64,000 bases of DNA from Podarcis filfolensis (taxonomy: Eukaryota): NCBI GenBank assembly GCA_964270895.1, contig OZ185444.1. One strand, written 5' to 3'. The notes under the pieces were generated by a model. It saw only the letters and a list, made by a program, of their open reading frames with translations, was not told the origin of the DNA and ran no database searches. Position numbers and translations under genes: made by a program. Below are positions 12,945-41,888 of the stretch, one piece after another (position 1 is the stretch's first letter; each line of letters begins with the position of its first letter).

Positions 12945-12946
<2 letters not shown>

Positions 12947-12988
<42 letters not shown>

Positions 12989-13105
12989 ATCATCCCGCCC
13001 ATCTGTCTGGGTCTCCCCAGCCATTCTGGGTGGCTTACAGCACACAAAAAATGTAAAACATTAGACATTAAAAATTCCCTGATACAGAGCTGCCTTCAGA
13101 TTTTC
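12947..13105 (-). mobile_element. L2-like 3' fragment with (AAT)13 tail microsatellite (12947-12985)
   Basis: (AAT)n followed by cccgcccatctgtctggg...ccagccattctgggtggcttac. Confidence 0.6.
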
Positions 13106-13212
13106 AACTCCAACCTTTCCAGAGAAATGTTAACACCACTGACTGTCTCTGTAAAAATAATACATGATGTCCCCTACACAGGTTTCCCTTGACAGCTAGT
13201 AGTTGGTATATG

Positions 13213-13338
13213 CCAGGGGTGGAAACCTGTGGCCCTCCATACACTGCTGGAATTCAGCGCCCAACAGTTGCAACCAGTGGCTAGGAATTATGGGAGGTGC
13301 AGTCCTACATCACCTGGGGGGCCAACAGTTCCCCATTA
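13213..13338. mobile_element. hAT-like MITE
   Basis: ccaggggtggaaacctgtggccctcc ... gggccaacagttcccca imperfect TIRs. Confidence 0.55.
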
Positions 13339-14409
13339 CTGGTGTTTACTATCAAATATAAATACAAACCTGACACAGTAGGCCTCAGAGGTTCACTGCT
13401 TGTTGCTTTTCCCAAGCAAAAGCAGACATTGCCGGGACTGAAATGGTTCAGAATCTCCACGTTGGAGGCTACTGCAAGAAAGAAGTCAAACAGACCTTCA
13501 CAAAGATGAGCAGTGACAATTCTTTTGTTTCTAAATTTGAAAACCTGTTCAAGTTTCTCAATACTTGAACACACTTTCTCAATACAGTTTTCTCACCTGT
13601 CACTTTCACTCTGAGTAGCAGCAAGAAGTGAAAACAACTTTCTTGAGAAGTTGCATTTCCTCACAACTTGAATACAATATCAAAATGTTGCTACACTGGA
13701 AGACCTCTTGGTCACTAAGGGAGTTGTATGGTGGCCTACTTACTCTTGGGCTTGATTCCCATTTTTCATACCAGGAAATCTCAAGGAACTATTCCAAGGC
13801 AAGAATGAGAAAAAAATTCTAGAGCACCCAATATGTTCAAAGAACTACATAAATTATTATTATAAATAATATGGTAGTCCAAGGCTGCCTAGACTATCAT
13901 GTTCATAAATCAATTTTGCAGCATTCTACTAATCCCTGTCTCTGCTGCATTTTGGGGCTGCCTGCATGGTTTCTGAGCAGTATCTAGAACATGGAAGAAA
14001 ACTATCTAAAGTTTTGAGGTGACTGTCGGAAACATCATTTAAAAAGTTTTTTTAAAAACCTGCAGAAAATTAAACCAATGTTGGATGGAAATTTTTGGCT
14101 CAGTCCTAATTCATATACAGAGACACTTTTTCACTCCTATGAAGATCTCTTATCATCATTATTACTAAAATTTGTTTACTGCCTTTCATCTGAAGATCAT
14201 AGCATAGAAAATCAAAATGAGAGCGCAAAATACATAATAAAACAAAAACCAAACAACAAATCCATAATCCCCATCCCACACACACATTTAAAAGGCCATG
14301 GAATGTTAATCAGCCAACGGCCTGGTTATAGAGAAATGTTTTTGCCTGGCACCTAAAGATATGTAATGAGGGCACCAAGCAAGCTCTAAACAGCTTGGGA
14401 CACAGATAT

Positions 14410-14790
14410 CTGCAAGAATGCCTTCTTTGAATAATAGCTTCCCCATGTTTCAAGATCAGCAGATGAGTCCTTGTGGTGGTCTCTTCTCAGGACGAGGTAT
14501 GTGGAAAATGGCATTTGCAGTGGCAGCTCCTTTTATGTTGAGCTCCCTCCCTTTCAAGGTGCATTTGGCCTCACCTTTGGCAGATAGTTTAGCTGCACCT
14601 TTTTAAGCAGGTGCCTGAAGAGGGAAGGACCTGATTGCTGCTGCTATTAGCAATTGCACTACAGTGATTTGTTACGTGCTTATGTGGATTGTGTTATTTT
14701 ATGGATTTTATGCATTGTGTTATCAATTTGCCTGTTATAAACTGCCCTGTAACTTTTGCAGAGGATAGTGTATCGAAATAGATACAATAC
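14410..14790 (+). mobile_element. Old L2-like LINE 3' end
   Basis: gcatttgcagtggcagctcc...ttataaactgccctg...aaatagat 3' tail pattern; boundaries approximate. Confidence 0.45.
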
Positions 14791-14868
14791 TCAGATGTCT
14801 ACTCAGAAGTAAGTCTTACAGAATTCAATGAGGCTTACTCCCAGGTTTGTGGGGTTAGGATTGCTAAC
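14790..14868. mobile_element. Short palindromic MITE (tactcagaagtaag...aggattgc family)
   Basis: Shares its core with the copies at 17895-17985 and 20530-20619. Confidence 0.5.
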
Positions 14869-17800
14869 AAATTCATTGTCACAGACAAGAGTACTCCAAC
14901 ATGGAATGTGAAAGACAATATGTATTGGAGAAAGTCATATTGCCAAGGTCCTTTTCAGACTAAGGTAATAAAGGCAGTTATGTGAGAATTTCTTTCTCCT
15001 CTCAAATAATAGGCAGCCATGTCTAATGTGTTGCGTGATCACCAGCCCACTCCTCCTACCTATTCCCTCCCACCCCTGCACAGCTCACTAAACTTATTCA
15101 TAAATAGATGAATATTAAATAAACTGAACTAGGTGGGCAGGTTTTTCCTGCCTTTGGTTGCTATGGAGCATTCCTTAGCAACTGCTTTCAAGACCTGACA
15201 AAGAGGAAGAGATGCAGGCAAACACAGCATTGCTAAAGGAAAGTTGCAAAAGAGGGTGGATGAATCACACCTGGTGACCAGAAAGGGGCCATAAATTGGG
15301 ATGCAAGGAAGGAGGACACTATGTTATGGGAACCAAGCCAGAGATCTAGGGTTTATAGAACAAAGGTGTCAGTCTTATACTAAACTAAACTCCTTTCTCA
15401 AGCAGAGCTGTTCTATTAAGCTTCTACCTGTAAAAAAAATATTGATGGTTTTCATAAGTCTATTAAATATTTAGTGCTGCTTTTCTGAGCTGAAAAAAGA
15501 AAGGAACAACATTAATGTTATCTCAACTCTCTACAAAGATAAATATCAGGTCACTCCATTAAAAATCCTTCACATGGCTGAACATTAATGTCAACAGGTG
15601 ATATCCAATGTTAGTGATAATCACTCAGTTTAGGTCTACATAAATATGACTTAGTTGGTTATTTATTACCCAATGTGTTCCTACTTATTTAAGCGCCATC
15701 ACATACCTAAATGCACTTCTGCAATGACATTTTATTCAGGTGAACAAGAGCCCAGAGCAACTCATAATTAGTCTGCACTACTGCTATAAACATATTATTT
15801 AACCAAGAGGTAAACCCAAGGTAAACCAACGTTGTTTATTAAACAAAGAATAACAAGTGGCATTACAAGAGCTCCAGCAAGTACTCTGCCTACAGAGACT
15901 GCCGACAAGGCCCTGTCATGTGATGAGTACCTTTCAATCAAGAGAACTTCGAGACACATTTTAAGCAAAGAGTACCAAAGATTAAGTTCTTTCATTCTTG
16001 CTACACTTTCAGAATGCGGGAGGGGAGATCCTAGAAGGCAACAAAATTAGCGCTGCATACTAGCAGAATTCTTATATATTTGGTGACACAGTAATACAAT
16101 ATATTAGAAATATCTTCCAGGAGTTATCAAGGAATGTATAAGATATGTTTTGGAGTTTACTATAGAGGTTATTTTGCTGAAGAATTGAAGAAATTTTATT
16201 TTTTTAAAAGAGCAATGCTTGACAATTTATTAGCAGAATCCAAAATTCTTGCAAACATTTGTAAATGTGACCAAAAAATGTTAGTGAAAGAATGGCCAAG
16301 ACAAACATATAAAACGCATTAGTAATAGAGCAATAAATAGAGAAATAAAGTCACAACTGATTTGCCTGATGCCAGGGGTACCAGAACACGAACAGTGTTT
16401 GTGAAAGCAAAAACTATTGATGTTATAAAGCTGGTGGTTGTTTAGATTTTGTAGCCATTTTATGTAATTTTCCAGTTAGTTTATTAGATGATTTAAGGAT
16501 ACAGTAGTAAGTTTTTTTAAAAAAGAAATATGAAATATTTCCTTAAAAATACCTCATATAGATCTTAAAAAGGTATTAAAATATAGACATGAGAGGGAAG
16601 CAACTGATTCACTATAGATTAACATTTTAATAGCCCTCAGTCTTAGGTGTTTCCTAGAGTGAGCTAGGCCCATGCAAACAATAAAAGTTGTTCAACATGA
16701 CACGTGGAATTTGTAAAAACTCAAGCTACATAGCATGGTGAAAAAGGAAAGGTTATGTCAACTGAAGGAAGTGTTAAGGCCACTCCTTATACCTATTCTT
16801 ATCCCATCTGTCATGAATGTCTACTTCTCTATTGTTTAGTAGAAGCTAAGAAGAGCTCCTCCCCATTCAGAAATCAAATATTAACTTGAAGAATTAATGC
16901 CAATTCTAGGTAAAGCATACACACCTGCAACAGGGCAGTAACAGATAAGAGAGGTAAGGGTAAGATCAGGAGAACATCTGTTGTGGTTTGATTTGTTAAA
17001 TGAATATTTTTTCCTGAGGGTTTATTAAAGCAACATGCTAGTTACAGTGCATAAGGGATTTTGTATGCAGTTTTAAAGGGACACAACCAATGTGGATTGC
17101 TGAACATGTTTTCATATTTAACTCTACAGAATCCCACATGTAACATGTCCCCAAGTGAGAAATGCTGAAAGTCAAACATCCCTAACTCCTGCAAAGAGAC
17201 TTTTGGCACCTTCAATGACTCACGGATGTCCAGTCCCAAACATTACATTACTTTTTGCCTTGTTACCTGGACAATAATATATTGCCTCACACATCACTAC
17301 AATAGACTGTTGCAAAGCAAAACGGGATAATTAAACAGAAAGTTGTAATTCTGTAATCAAAAGAAACTACAGCAATTGCTGAAAATCAACTACCCTTGGT
17401 ATTTTGGAAATACCAAAAATACACCACTTCAGAAGAACTTTCTCATATAAACTCAGACGTTTCTGTCCCTCAGACTCCAATGCGTTTTCACTTCTCTAGT
17501 TTTCTTACTTAAGGAAGGCTTTTATAAAAGCCTATGTTTATTCTAATTCTAGGAACCCCAGAAATTAACCCTTATCCAAGGCACAGAGTTGAGCCCAATG
17601 TTGTGCATGTACAAGTGGAACAAACTTCACTTGTGCCAAGAGACACCTCCCCTTCCTCCCATTGCCCCTGCAGTCCACTATGAGTTCCAAATCTGCTTAA
17701 GAGCATCCCCTAACCCTCCAGAGCAGTTTAGTGTAGGGGGCGCAGTGGAGAAAAGAGGAAGGGCAAGTTGCATTGTGAGAGTGCACAACACTATATTCTA

Positions 17801-17894
17801 TCGTAAGCAGCTCTTAAGGCAAGGAATACATCAATACAGAACACTTGCATGCATGGTTACTCAAAAATAAATCCTATTGGGTTCTATGAGCTTA

Positions 17895-17985
17895 GTCCCA
17901 AACCTAACCAGGTCTACTCAGAAGTAAGTACAATTGAATTTAGTAGGGCATACTCCCATTTAAGTGGGATTAGGACTGCAGCCTA
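17895..17985. mobile_element. Short palindromic MITE (same family)
   Basis: gtctactcagaagtaag...ttaggactgcagcc. Confidence 0.5.
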
Positions 17986-20322
17986 ACTGTATGTAGCATC
18001 GCAAGTCTACATTTACTTGGAAGTAAGTCACACAGAATAAAGAACAGCTGTTATGATACAGTTAATTTAACAGCAAGTCCAGCTGAACTCACTAGGACTT
18101 ATTACTGGATAAATAGGCATAGGGTTGGTCTGTTAGAACTGAAAGATCACATGATTTGGTCACTTGCAAGAAATCAGCTACTTCAAAGGAGAAAACAGAT
18201 CACATTACAGGACTGAGAACTAGAAAAGTTGAAAGAAAGGGAAACAAAAAATGAACAGGGAACATGCAAGGAAACAAACAAACAAATCTAATCATGAATG
18301 CTTTGAGGGGGGGAAATGAGTCAGAAAACTGCAGTGTGGTCCTGTGAGTCATCAAAGCACAACAATTAATCTTTCAATGAAATATTGAAAAATACTGGTA
18401 TCACTCCAGATGAAGGAGCATACCCTTTTTATAAAATGAAACTGCCATCTACAACAGCACCTGGCATTAGTTTAGGTAATCAGTGTAACTTAAGATAATG
18501 AAACTCAGATGAAGCAACAGCTTCTGAGATTCAATATCATTGATCTGGATTTTTCTTCTTCCAGTAGACTGATTAGAATTTATAATATGGGTACAATTCT
18601 GGCAAGTTCTAAACCTCAAGCTACATACTTATAATAGGATTAGCGATATCCCAGAGTGTCATTATAGTGAATGGAGGGCACAAAAAGGGAGGAAAGCCTA
18701 GGCAAGCAAAGTAGTTATGTACAAGCAGGAATTTGGTTGGGAGAGGGGAAGACAAAACAAAACCTGCCTCAAAGCACCAGTACACACTGACCCGCATATG
18801 CATTTGCGACAGCACTGTGCACAGTACAGTGCTAAAGGAACAGAAGATTTTGCTGTATGGACTGTTGTATTCATTGAAACCTTGTTTCTCCATACACCCT
18901 TCTAGAAAAAATGGATAGGATATAAACATGTTAGAAGAGGAAAGTATTAAGAGATGGACACAAAAGCTTCAGAAACAGGGGAGAGATAATTAGAGGGAAG
19001 AGAAAAGCACTGCACAGGATGTTCTATGTCAAGCGACACCTGACAGTGCCATCAAGTGGGACATGTGTGAATGCAATAGAATTATTCTAGGTTACACGTG
19101 CCCTTGTTACAACAGCAGATATTTCCCTTATGAAATGCTAAAAATCCATTTCTGTTTAAAGGTATCCCATACAAAATATCACTCTAGTCTCCTCTACATA
19201 ATATTCTCAATAATACAAACTAGTTAGCACACACTTATTTAAAGGAGCAGGGCAAAAGTGAAGCATGTATAATACACTGATAACATAAGAAGTCAATAGT
19301 AGGAAAATCGGGTTACCTATTTATAGCTGGTCATACATTTAACTGTCTTCCCCCCCCCCCCTTACCTATGGATTGCTCTGTTGATCTGCAGAGGGGGAAT
19401 CCAAAATCCATTATAGTTTAATAACATTATTCAGAGTTTAATTAGATTAGAAAGTCCTAGCTGAAAAACACATTCTAATCTAATTAAACATGCATAACCC
19501 TTCCTGACCCTCCATCTTACAAACTGCAGATTTGGGGGCTTTTAAAATCATGTCTTTCCCACCCCCCTCACACCGTTTTCCTTGTCCACTTTGGGTAAAA
19601 GCTAGCCTGAAGAACACTTTTTCTGGAGGATGCAAAAGCTTGCTGGCTACTTTGTGAATTTTAGCTGGCCATCACAAAGGCATGACAAGACATGTGAGTC
19701 TCATCAATAAAGGATAAACTAGTCCAGACCTTGGTGACCACCCTCTTAGCCTGTTGAGTTTTGGAAGAGGAAGAAGCAGATACAACGCTGACACCTTCTG
19801 CCGGCTTCCATTTAGACCAGATGGTCTGCTATCAGGCATAACTGCTTTGCTTCAACGAAACAGTGTCTCTCCTACTTACAGTGGCAGCGTTTCCTTCACG
19901 GCCAGCCCGAGAACAAGACCTTAATTTCGCGGGGTGGGGGGAGAAAGGCGAAAGGTGCGGGGATCCCTAACCGTCTTCCCAAACCAGATCTACGTCATGT
20001 GACCCGTCAGCGCCCCCCCCACCTGATTTATGGCCACCTCTCTTCCACCTGCCTTCACCTGGGCTGGGGGGGGGAGGGGCAATTCTTTTAAGGCTCCGGC
20101 CCTCAGTCGGCCACGCGGGGGGGGGGCTGACCCTCAGCCACTCCGTCCGTCCACACACGCAAACAGGACGCGTGTTCTCGGGGGTCCCCGCCTGCTGCTG
20201 TTTCCTCCTCCTCTCTCCACGCGAACCCCCTTGCCTGCTCCCCTCTTGTCTCCACCCACCAGCAACCCGTCCCTCTTGCTCGCCTGCCCGCCCGCCCATC
20301 CACACGGACTCCAAGCGCTCAC

Positions 20323-20395
20323 CTTCGTCCACGGCTTCAGCCTTCCCCCACTTCTTCCCCGCATCTAGTTCCCGTCAGCGCCTACCGAACCCACG
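20323..20395 (-). other. SGSM3: SGSM3 non-coding exon 1 (5' end approximate)
   Basis: Strong donor AAG|gtgagc at 20323/20322 inside a CpG island; TSS position inferred. Confidence 0.65.
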
Positions 20396-20406
20396 ACGCA
20401 TGCGCA
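20396..20406. promoter_or_regulatory. NRF1-like site ACGCATGCGCA
   Basis: Near-match to the GCGCATGCGC palindrome at the inferred TSS. Confidence 0.6.
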
Positions 20407-20455
20407 GCAACCGAAGCCCCACCACGGCCGTGACGCCAACGCCGCAGAGCATCAC

Positions 20456-20468
20456 GGGAATTGTAGTC
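20456..20468 (-). promoter_or_regulatory. ACTACAATTCCC motif (ZNF143/THAP11-associated promoter element)
   Basis: GGGAATTGTAGTC on +, just upstream of exon 1. Confidence 0.7.
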
Positions 20469-20529
20469 TTCGACTCTAAGCATCGGCATTCAAAGGGGAC
20501 GAAGGCTGCTGCTGCCGCCTGCAATCCGC

Positions 20530-20619
20530 CTGCAATCCTGACCCTGGCCCCACTAGCCTGGGAGCAACTCCTTGGATTTAGCAGGATTTAGTTCAGAGAA
20601 GAGGCGGTTAGGATTGCAG
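20530..20619. mobile_element. Short MITE with 14-bp TIRs just upstream of the SGSM3 promoter
   Basis: ctgcaatcctgacc / ggttaggattgcag (13/14 complementary). Confidence 0.55.
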
Positions 20620-21289
20620 CCGATTTTATTGTTTTAAAAACGGGACTACTTGTCAGCGGGGTAAAAGTGACGACTGCCCTTAAAGAACTATGGAAAAATC
20701 CAGGATTTCCGCGTTTAAACTGTGACTGTGCAGCTCACTCTGTCCGGTGCCCTCCACCCAAAGGGAGAAAATATATAATCAAGAATGGCGTTCATTTTGT
20801 TTTCCAATTCTGTTCTTATTTTGTCCGAAATTAATATGATAAAATAATACAGCAGCTATTGCTTCTCCCTGGATTTCCTAAATTATAAGCCTGCTCCATT
20901 GCACCCCAAAGCAGGGCTTTTGAGTGCGGCTGCCCATCTTGTTGAAACAGCATCCCTAAGAGACATGCCTGCTACTTTTCGTTTTCTGAAACAACGGAAG
21001 ACACCCTTGTTTGGACAAGCTTTCCCAGCTGGGTTAATTTTTCTTTAGGTTGATATTTGTGTTGTTATTAAACCTATTTTAGTTGTTTTACTTTATGGTT
21101 GTAAAATGCACACGTATGAAAGGCGTTTCAAAAATAAATAGCAACAACAGTGTTAAACTTTTTATTATGATTAAAAAAAGACTGGGCTGAAAATGCAAAT
21201 CCCTATATTGCAAGTGGGTTGCTGAGAGAGGGTGGCTCTCCACATCCCTTGCAATGTGATCTACTATTGTTTATCCTCATGCTGCAAAT

Positions 21290-21682
21290 TGGGGCAGCTC
21301 AGCAACTGAGGCATAGCACACCCTGTTATGCAGCATGCTCTTAAAATAGCAAGTTGGAGGTGGAGCTGAGGCTGACCTGCTGATTTACAACAGCCCTGCA
21401 ATGTAGCCACGCCCTGTATAGTCCAAGATTGCATACTAGTGTTTCCCACAACTTTAGTTCTCGTGTCATGTGATGGGATCTGAAGATGAGGCGATCTGTT
21501 TACAATGCAGGAATCTAGTCTGCCTGCCAATTGCTGGGGCTCATGAGCAGGAAAGAGGACTATTGTGCTCATGTCCTGCTTGTGGGCTTCCCAGGGGCAA
21601 CTACTCAGCCAGTGAGGGAAGCATGATGCTGTTCCAAAGAAGTCTTTGGTCTGAACCAGCAGGGCTCTCTTTATGTTCTTAA
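21290..21682 (+). mobile_element. Degenerate CR1 LINE 3' end
   Basis: Ends ...ctgaaccagcagggctctctttatgttctta, a CR1-type tail. Confidence 0.55.
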
Positions 21683-22713
21683 ATCTGGTTAAACCGAGCC
21701 CTCGGCCCCACCTCCTTCCAAGCCCCAATGCCAGAGCTCAAATGAATACAGACACCTTGTGACTCTCCAGAAAATGTGACGTACTTTTATTCCTCCAAAA
21801 GCGTAAAATGAAGGAGAAAGAGGGAAATAAACAAGACCAGCTGTGCAGTGTGACTAGTTTCTTTCTCTAAGCTTCCTATAAGTCTCTTGCGTTACTCTCG
21901 TACTTTGCTGACAAAGAATGTTACGGACTATTTACTTTTCTGCACCTCCATTCTTCTACGTTCCTTTCCCTACAGCAGTTCCCGGCTACTCTGGCGCCCC
22001 TTGCAGGCCCTTATAAAACGAACTCAATAAAATACATAATTGTGTGACTTTTAACTGATCAATTGATTAAATCTGTGTAAAATCCTATATGAATAACAGT
22101 TCTCATGGGGAAATGAATTATTTCTTGCTTTGAGAGATGGGAACCATATAGCACATCCCAGCAGGAATTCCCTTCTATCTGAGAGAGAAGAGGCATTCAT
22201 TCCTCTTCTACTAAACAATGCAACCCTAGGAGTAAAATGCCCCCTTGCTTTCTGATTCCAACCCTGTGCTTAAAACAATTTCTAACATTCCTGCCTCAGG
22301 AACAATGTAACAACCATGAATGAAATGAGTGATTTATAACAAGAGTCCAATATTTGTTTGTGTGCATGAACTCTTTGAAGTTGCACCAACCTCTATAATT
22401 TCAGAGCAGCTCAGTCTAACCATAAAATAGCTTCATCTCTTTGTATGTCAGCCACTCCCATTTTATAGCCAGGAAGCTGAAGACACTGTACACCAAGAAA
22501 CACTACACTTTATCCTACAGATCTCCCACTTCAAACAACAATTGCTTTTGCAAATTCCAACTCCACGCCCCATGACAATTGCAATACAAGTTTTAGCTTT
22601 AATTCAACTGCATATCCTTCTCCCAGAAGTGTTACACGTCCTTAAGATTTCCTAGACTTGCCACAGAAACCTCGAAGACTCAGTTCACACATCACGTCTG
22701 TTTTGAAATATAT

Positions 22714-22719
22714 TTTATT
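22714..22719 (-). terminator. ADSL polyadenylation signal AATAAA
   Basis: tttatt on +, about 45 nt downstream of the ADSL stop. Confidence 0.7.
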
Positions 22720-22764
22720 ATCTTCCCCACAAATACCCTGATGAAATAATAATTGAATACTAAT

Positions 22765-38961
<16,197 letters not shown>

Positions 38962-39990
38962 CGTGGAGAAGGTCCCGCGCAGGGAAGCGACACCCTCGAG
39001 AGAAGCAGCTGCAACCCGCAGGCGAAAGGGAGGGAGCTGCCCCAGGACCGTAATAAAGGGAGCGGAGAGGTCCCGCCCTCAGGCCCGCCCCCAACTCAAC
39101 CTCACCTCCGGCATCCCCGGCCCCCTTCCGGTTCGGCCGCGACTGGACTGGGGCAAGGTCGGGGTCGCAGCGGCCCCTGCTGCTTGGGAGGCTGCACTGC
39201 AGCCCTAGCTCCCCTCAAGAGTTAACTCCCCACGTATACTATTGTCCCTATTGGCAGCAACTCCCGAAGAAGTTTTGAGGGGTCTCGGCAAAATTCTTAC
39301 TGAAAATAGCTTCCATTGTTGCAGTGGGGTTAGGGGAGGCATATTCCGTGTTAGGGAACGCCTGGCAGTTCCATTTTTTTTTTTTTAAATATAAAGTACA
39401 GTATGCTGTGGCCCTGCTTCGAATATTGCTTGCCCCAGTTTATGGTGGAGTTGGAAGAATTAGACATGGGTCTATTACAAAATGGTCTTAAGATCTCACT
39501 GCCCCAACTTTGTGTGGCTATCTGGAGCACTTACCGTATGTATTAACTTGCATGTTTACGATTTGTGTACCAATGGTGATCTACCGTTGATATTAGTATT
39601 ATTTGTATACTAATTTTCCTCTTCTTTCTTCAACTTTAATTTACCTTGTTTGCTTTTATCTTTGTTTCCTTTCCTTGTCACATTTGCAAATAATAATTTA
39701 TAAGGTGGTAGCTAAAATCAGCAAGAGATAAGAGAATCTTCCATGTAAGCAAAGGCCCGAGAGATTAGATTTTAAGTAGTATCTGTATGAGCTGCCTTTG
39801 CATATGTTTATTAACATATGTAATGTGGATGTACTGATAACATAAATGTCGTTACAGTAGAACTTGGACATTCCTCTACAGGAACAGATTTGCATTAAAT
39901 TCACAGAAGGCCAAAGGAAGTACTTCACATAGCAAAATAAACTTGTGGAATTCACTGCCATAAGTTATGGAGAGGACTACTAGCTTAGAT

Positions 39991-40335
39991 GGGACGCAGG
40001 TGGCATTGTGGTCTAAACCACTGAGCCTAGGGCTGGCTGATCGGAAGGTCGATGGTTTGAATCCCCACGGGGCAAGCTCAGTCCCAGCTCCTGTCAACCT
40101 AGCAGTTCAAAAGCACGTCAAAGTGCAATTAGATAAATAGGTACCGTTCCAGTGGGAAGGTAAACGCCATTTCCATGCGCTGCTCTGGTTTCGCCAGAAG
40201 CGGCTTAGTCATGCTGGCGACATGACCCAGAAAAACTGTCTGTGGACAAACATCGAGTCTCTCGGCCAGTAACGCTGGATGAGTGCCGCAACCCCCGTTA
40301 TCCGCGACTGGACTTAACTGTCAGGGGTCCTTTAC
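39991..40335 (+). mobile_element. Full-length Sauria SINE
   Basis: tRNA-like head with A/B boxes, typical body, tail caggggtcctttac; TSD actagcttagat / actagctcagat. Confidence 0.88.
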
Positions 40336-41598
40336 TAGCTCAGATGGCTTAAAAGCAGAATGAGACAATTTGTGTGTAGGTCAAATCAGTTATTTGCCAT
40401 TATAGCTATACAGAAAGTGTCTGTAAATGGACACACTACACTTCTGAGTACAAGATACAAAATATGACCCATCACCCGCTTTGCTTGGAAGTTTCCAGAA
40501 GCAGCTGGTTGGTCACTGCTGGAAACCAAATCCAGACAAGTCAGATCTTTGTTTGACACAGGAAAAGAATTATCGTGTAACAGTCTCTTTGCAAATCTGT
40601 TGCACTTTTGATTCCAGTGATTTTATAAGCCAGTTATTTCCAAGGATTCAGCAAGTTCAGTACAGTATCTATAATTTTGAATCTTAGGTAATTTTGTTTC
40701 CAGGGTTATGAAAGTGTGCTGTTCATGATGTGGCCATTCCTTGACAACTGACATCACTTATGATGAATCTGTTGTTGACATAACAAGGTCATATAAGATT
40801 TGTAACCTTTTGTTTCTCCAAGGAGATTAAAGCAACAATTTTTGCTGTCACAGATCTGACTTGCTCAGGAGTACCTAATGAGTGTCACATCAGAGTGCAG
40901 GTTTATATTGGACTCTAGCAACTACATCACACTAGCTTTGCATACTTTCCCCCAGTGGTGAATAATAGCTTGCTTTGAGCAGTGTTTCGAAATGCAACCC
41001 TTTTATAATTTTGTTAGAAGAAACAAGCATTGTCATGTTCAATGTGTATTGTGTTGAAGAACCAGGGAGATGATAACCCATATGGTACCCTGAATATACT
41101 ATAATGTACCATCAAGAAAAACATCTTCAGGGTGGGTGGCATGGACAGGGGGAGAAGGGGCTTTCCTAGCCACCTTGGGAGTTCTCACATAGCTAAAGTA
41201 AGTTATTTTGGGTGTTGCTGAATTCCCAGTTCATTTCGATTCCAGTATGGATTTGAGCTCTCCTCCTCCAATATATAACAAACAAAGATATCAAGGGGAT
41301 TCACATCTTCCTGCTAAATAATGCTTGTAGTTTGCCCAGCCTGCACAGATATCTGAGAGTAGGCAAGTAGGTTTGACAAGTGTCCATCTGTCTGGTTTCC
41401 TTGGTATCCAGTAAAGCTCAATCAGATTCTAGAACCCTTGAATTTCTCTGATACCAGAATAACAATGTGCTATTGTGATAAGCCAAGATGCCATTTCTCA
41501 ATAAAAATAGCTGCCTCCAAACCTAGGTAAAATGTGTGTGCACAATTATTTACATGACTGAGGAGATACTAAAGATAAAAATAATAAACTATCAATAG

Positions 41599-41604
41599 TT
41601 TATT
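41599..41604 (-). terminator. Candidate distal TNRC6B polyadenylation signal AATAAA
   Basis: tttatt on + at the point where the repeat-poor block ends. Confidence 0.5.
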
Positions 41605-41721
41605 GCTGCAAGACTGTGTAAATAGTGAGTATGAATTCCTGAAGGGAAAATGCACAGCCAAGAAATTATAGTTAACAACTGCATTTTATAGACCAAATCA
41701 ACAAACAAAAATAAATTGACA

Positions 41722-41888
41722 NNNNNNNNNNNNNNNNNNNNNNNNNNNNNNNNNNNNNNNNNNNNNNNNNNNNNNNNNNNNNNNNNNNNNNNNNNNNNNN
41801 NNNNNNNNNNNNNNNNNNNNNNNNNNNNNNNNNNNNNNNNNNNNNNNNNNNNNNNNNNNNNNNNNNNNNNNNNNNNNNNNNNNNNNNN
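41722..41888. other. Assembly gap (167 N)
   Basis: Run of N flanked by A-rich sequence. Confidence 1.

Larger units (their letters stand above)
19900..20720. promoter_or_regulatory. CpG island / SGSM3 promoter
   Basis: High GC and CpG density against an AT-rich background; GC boxes, NRF1-like and ZNF143-type motifs. Confidence 0.85.

Noticed and set aside
19967-20591. Several 66-139 aa ORFs on both strands
   Set aside because: Stop-poor GC-rich promoter sequence
21264-21728. 154-aa minus-strand ORF
   Set aside because: Antisense to a decayed CR1 fragment
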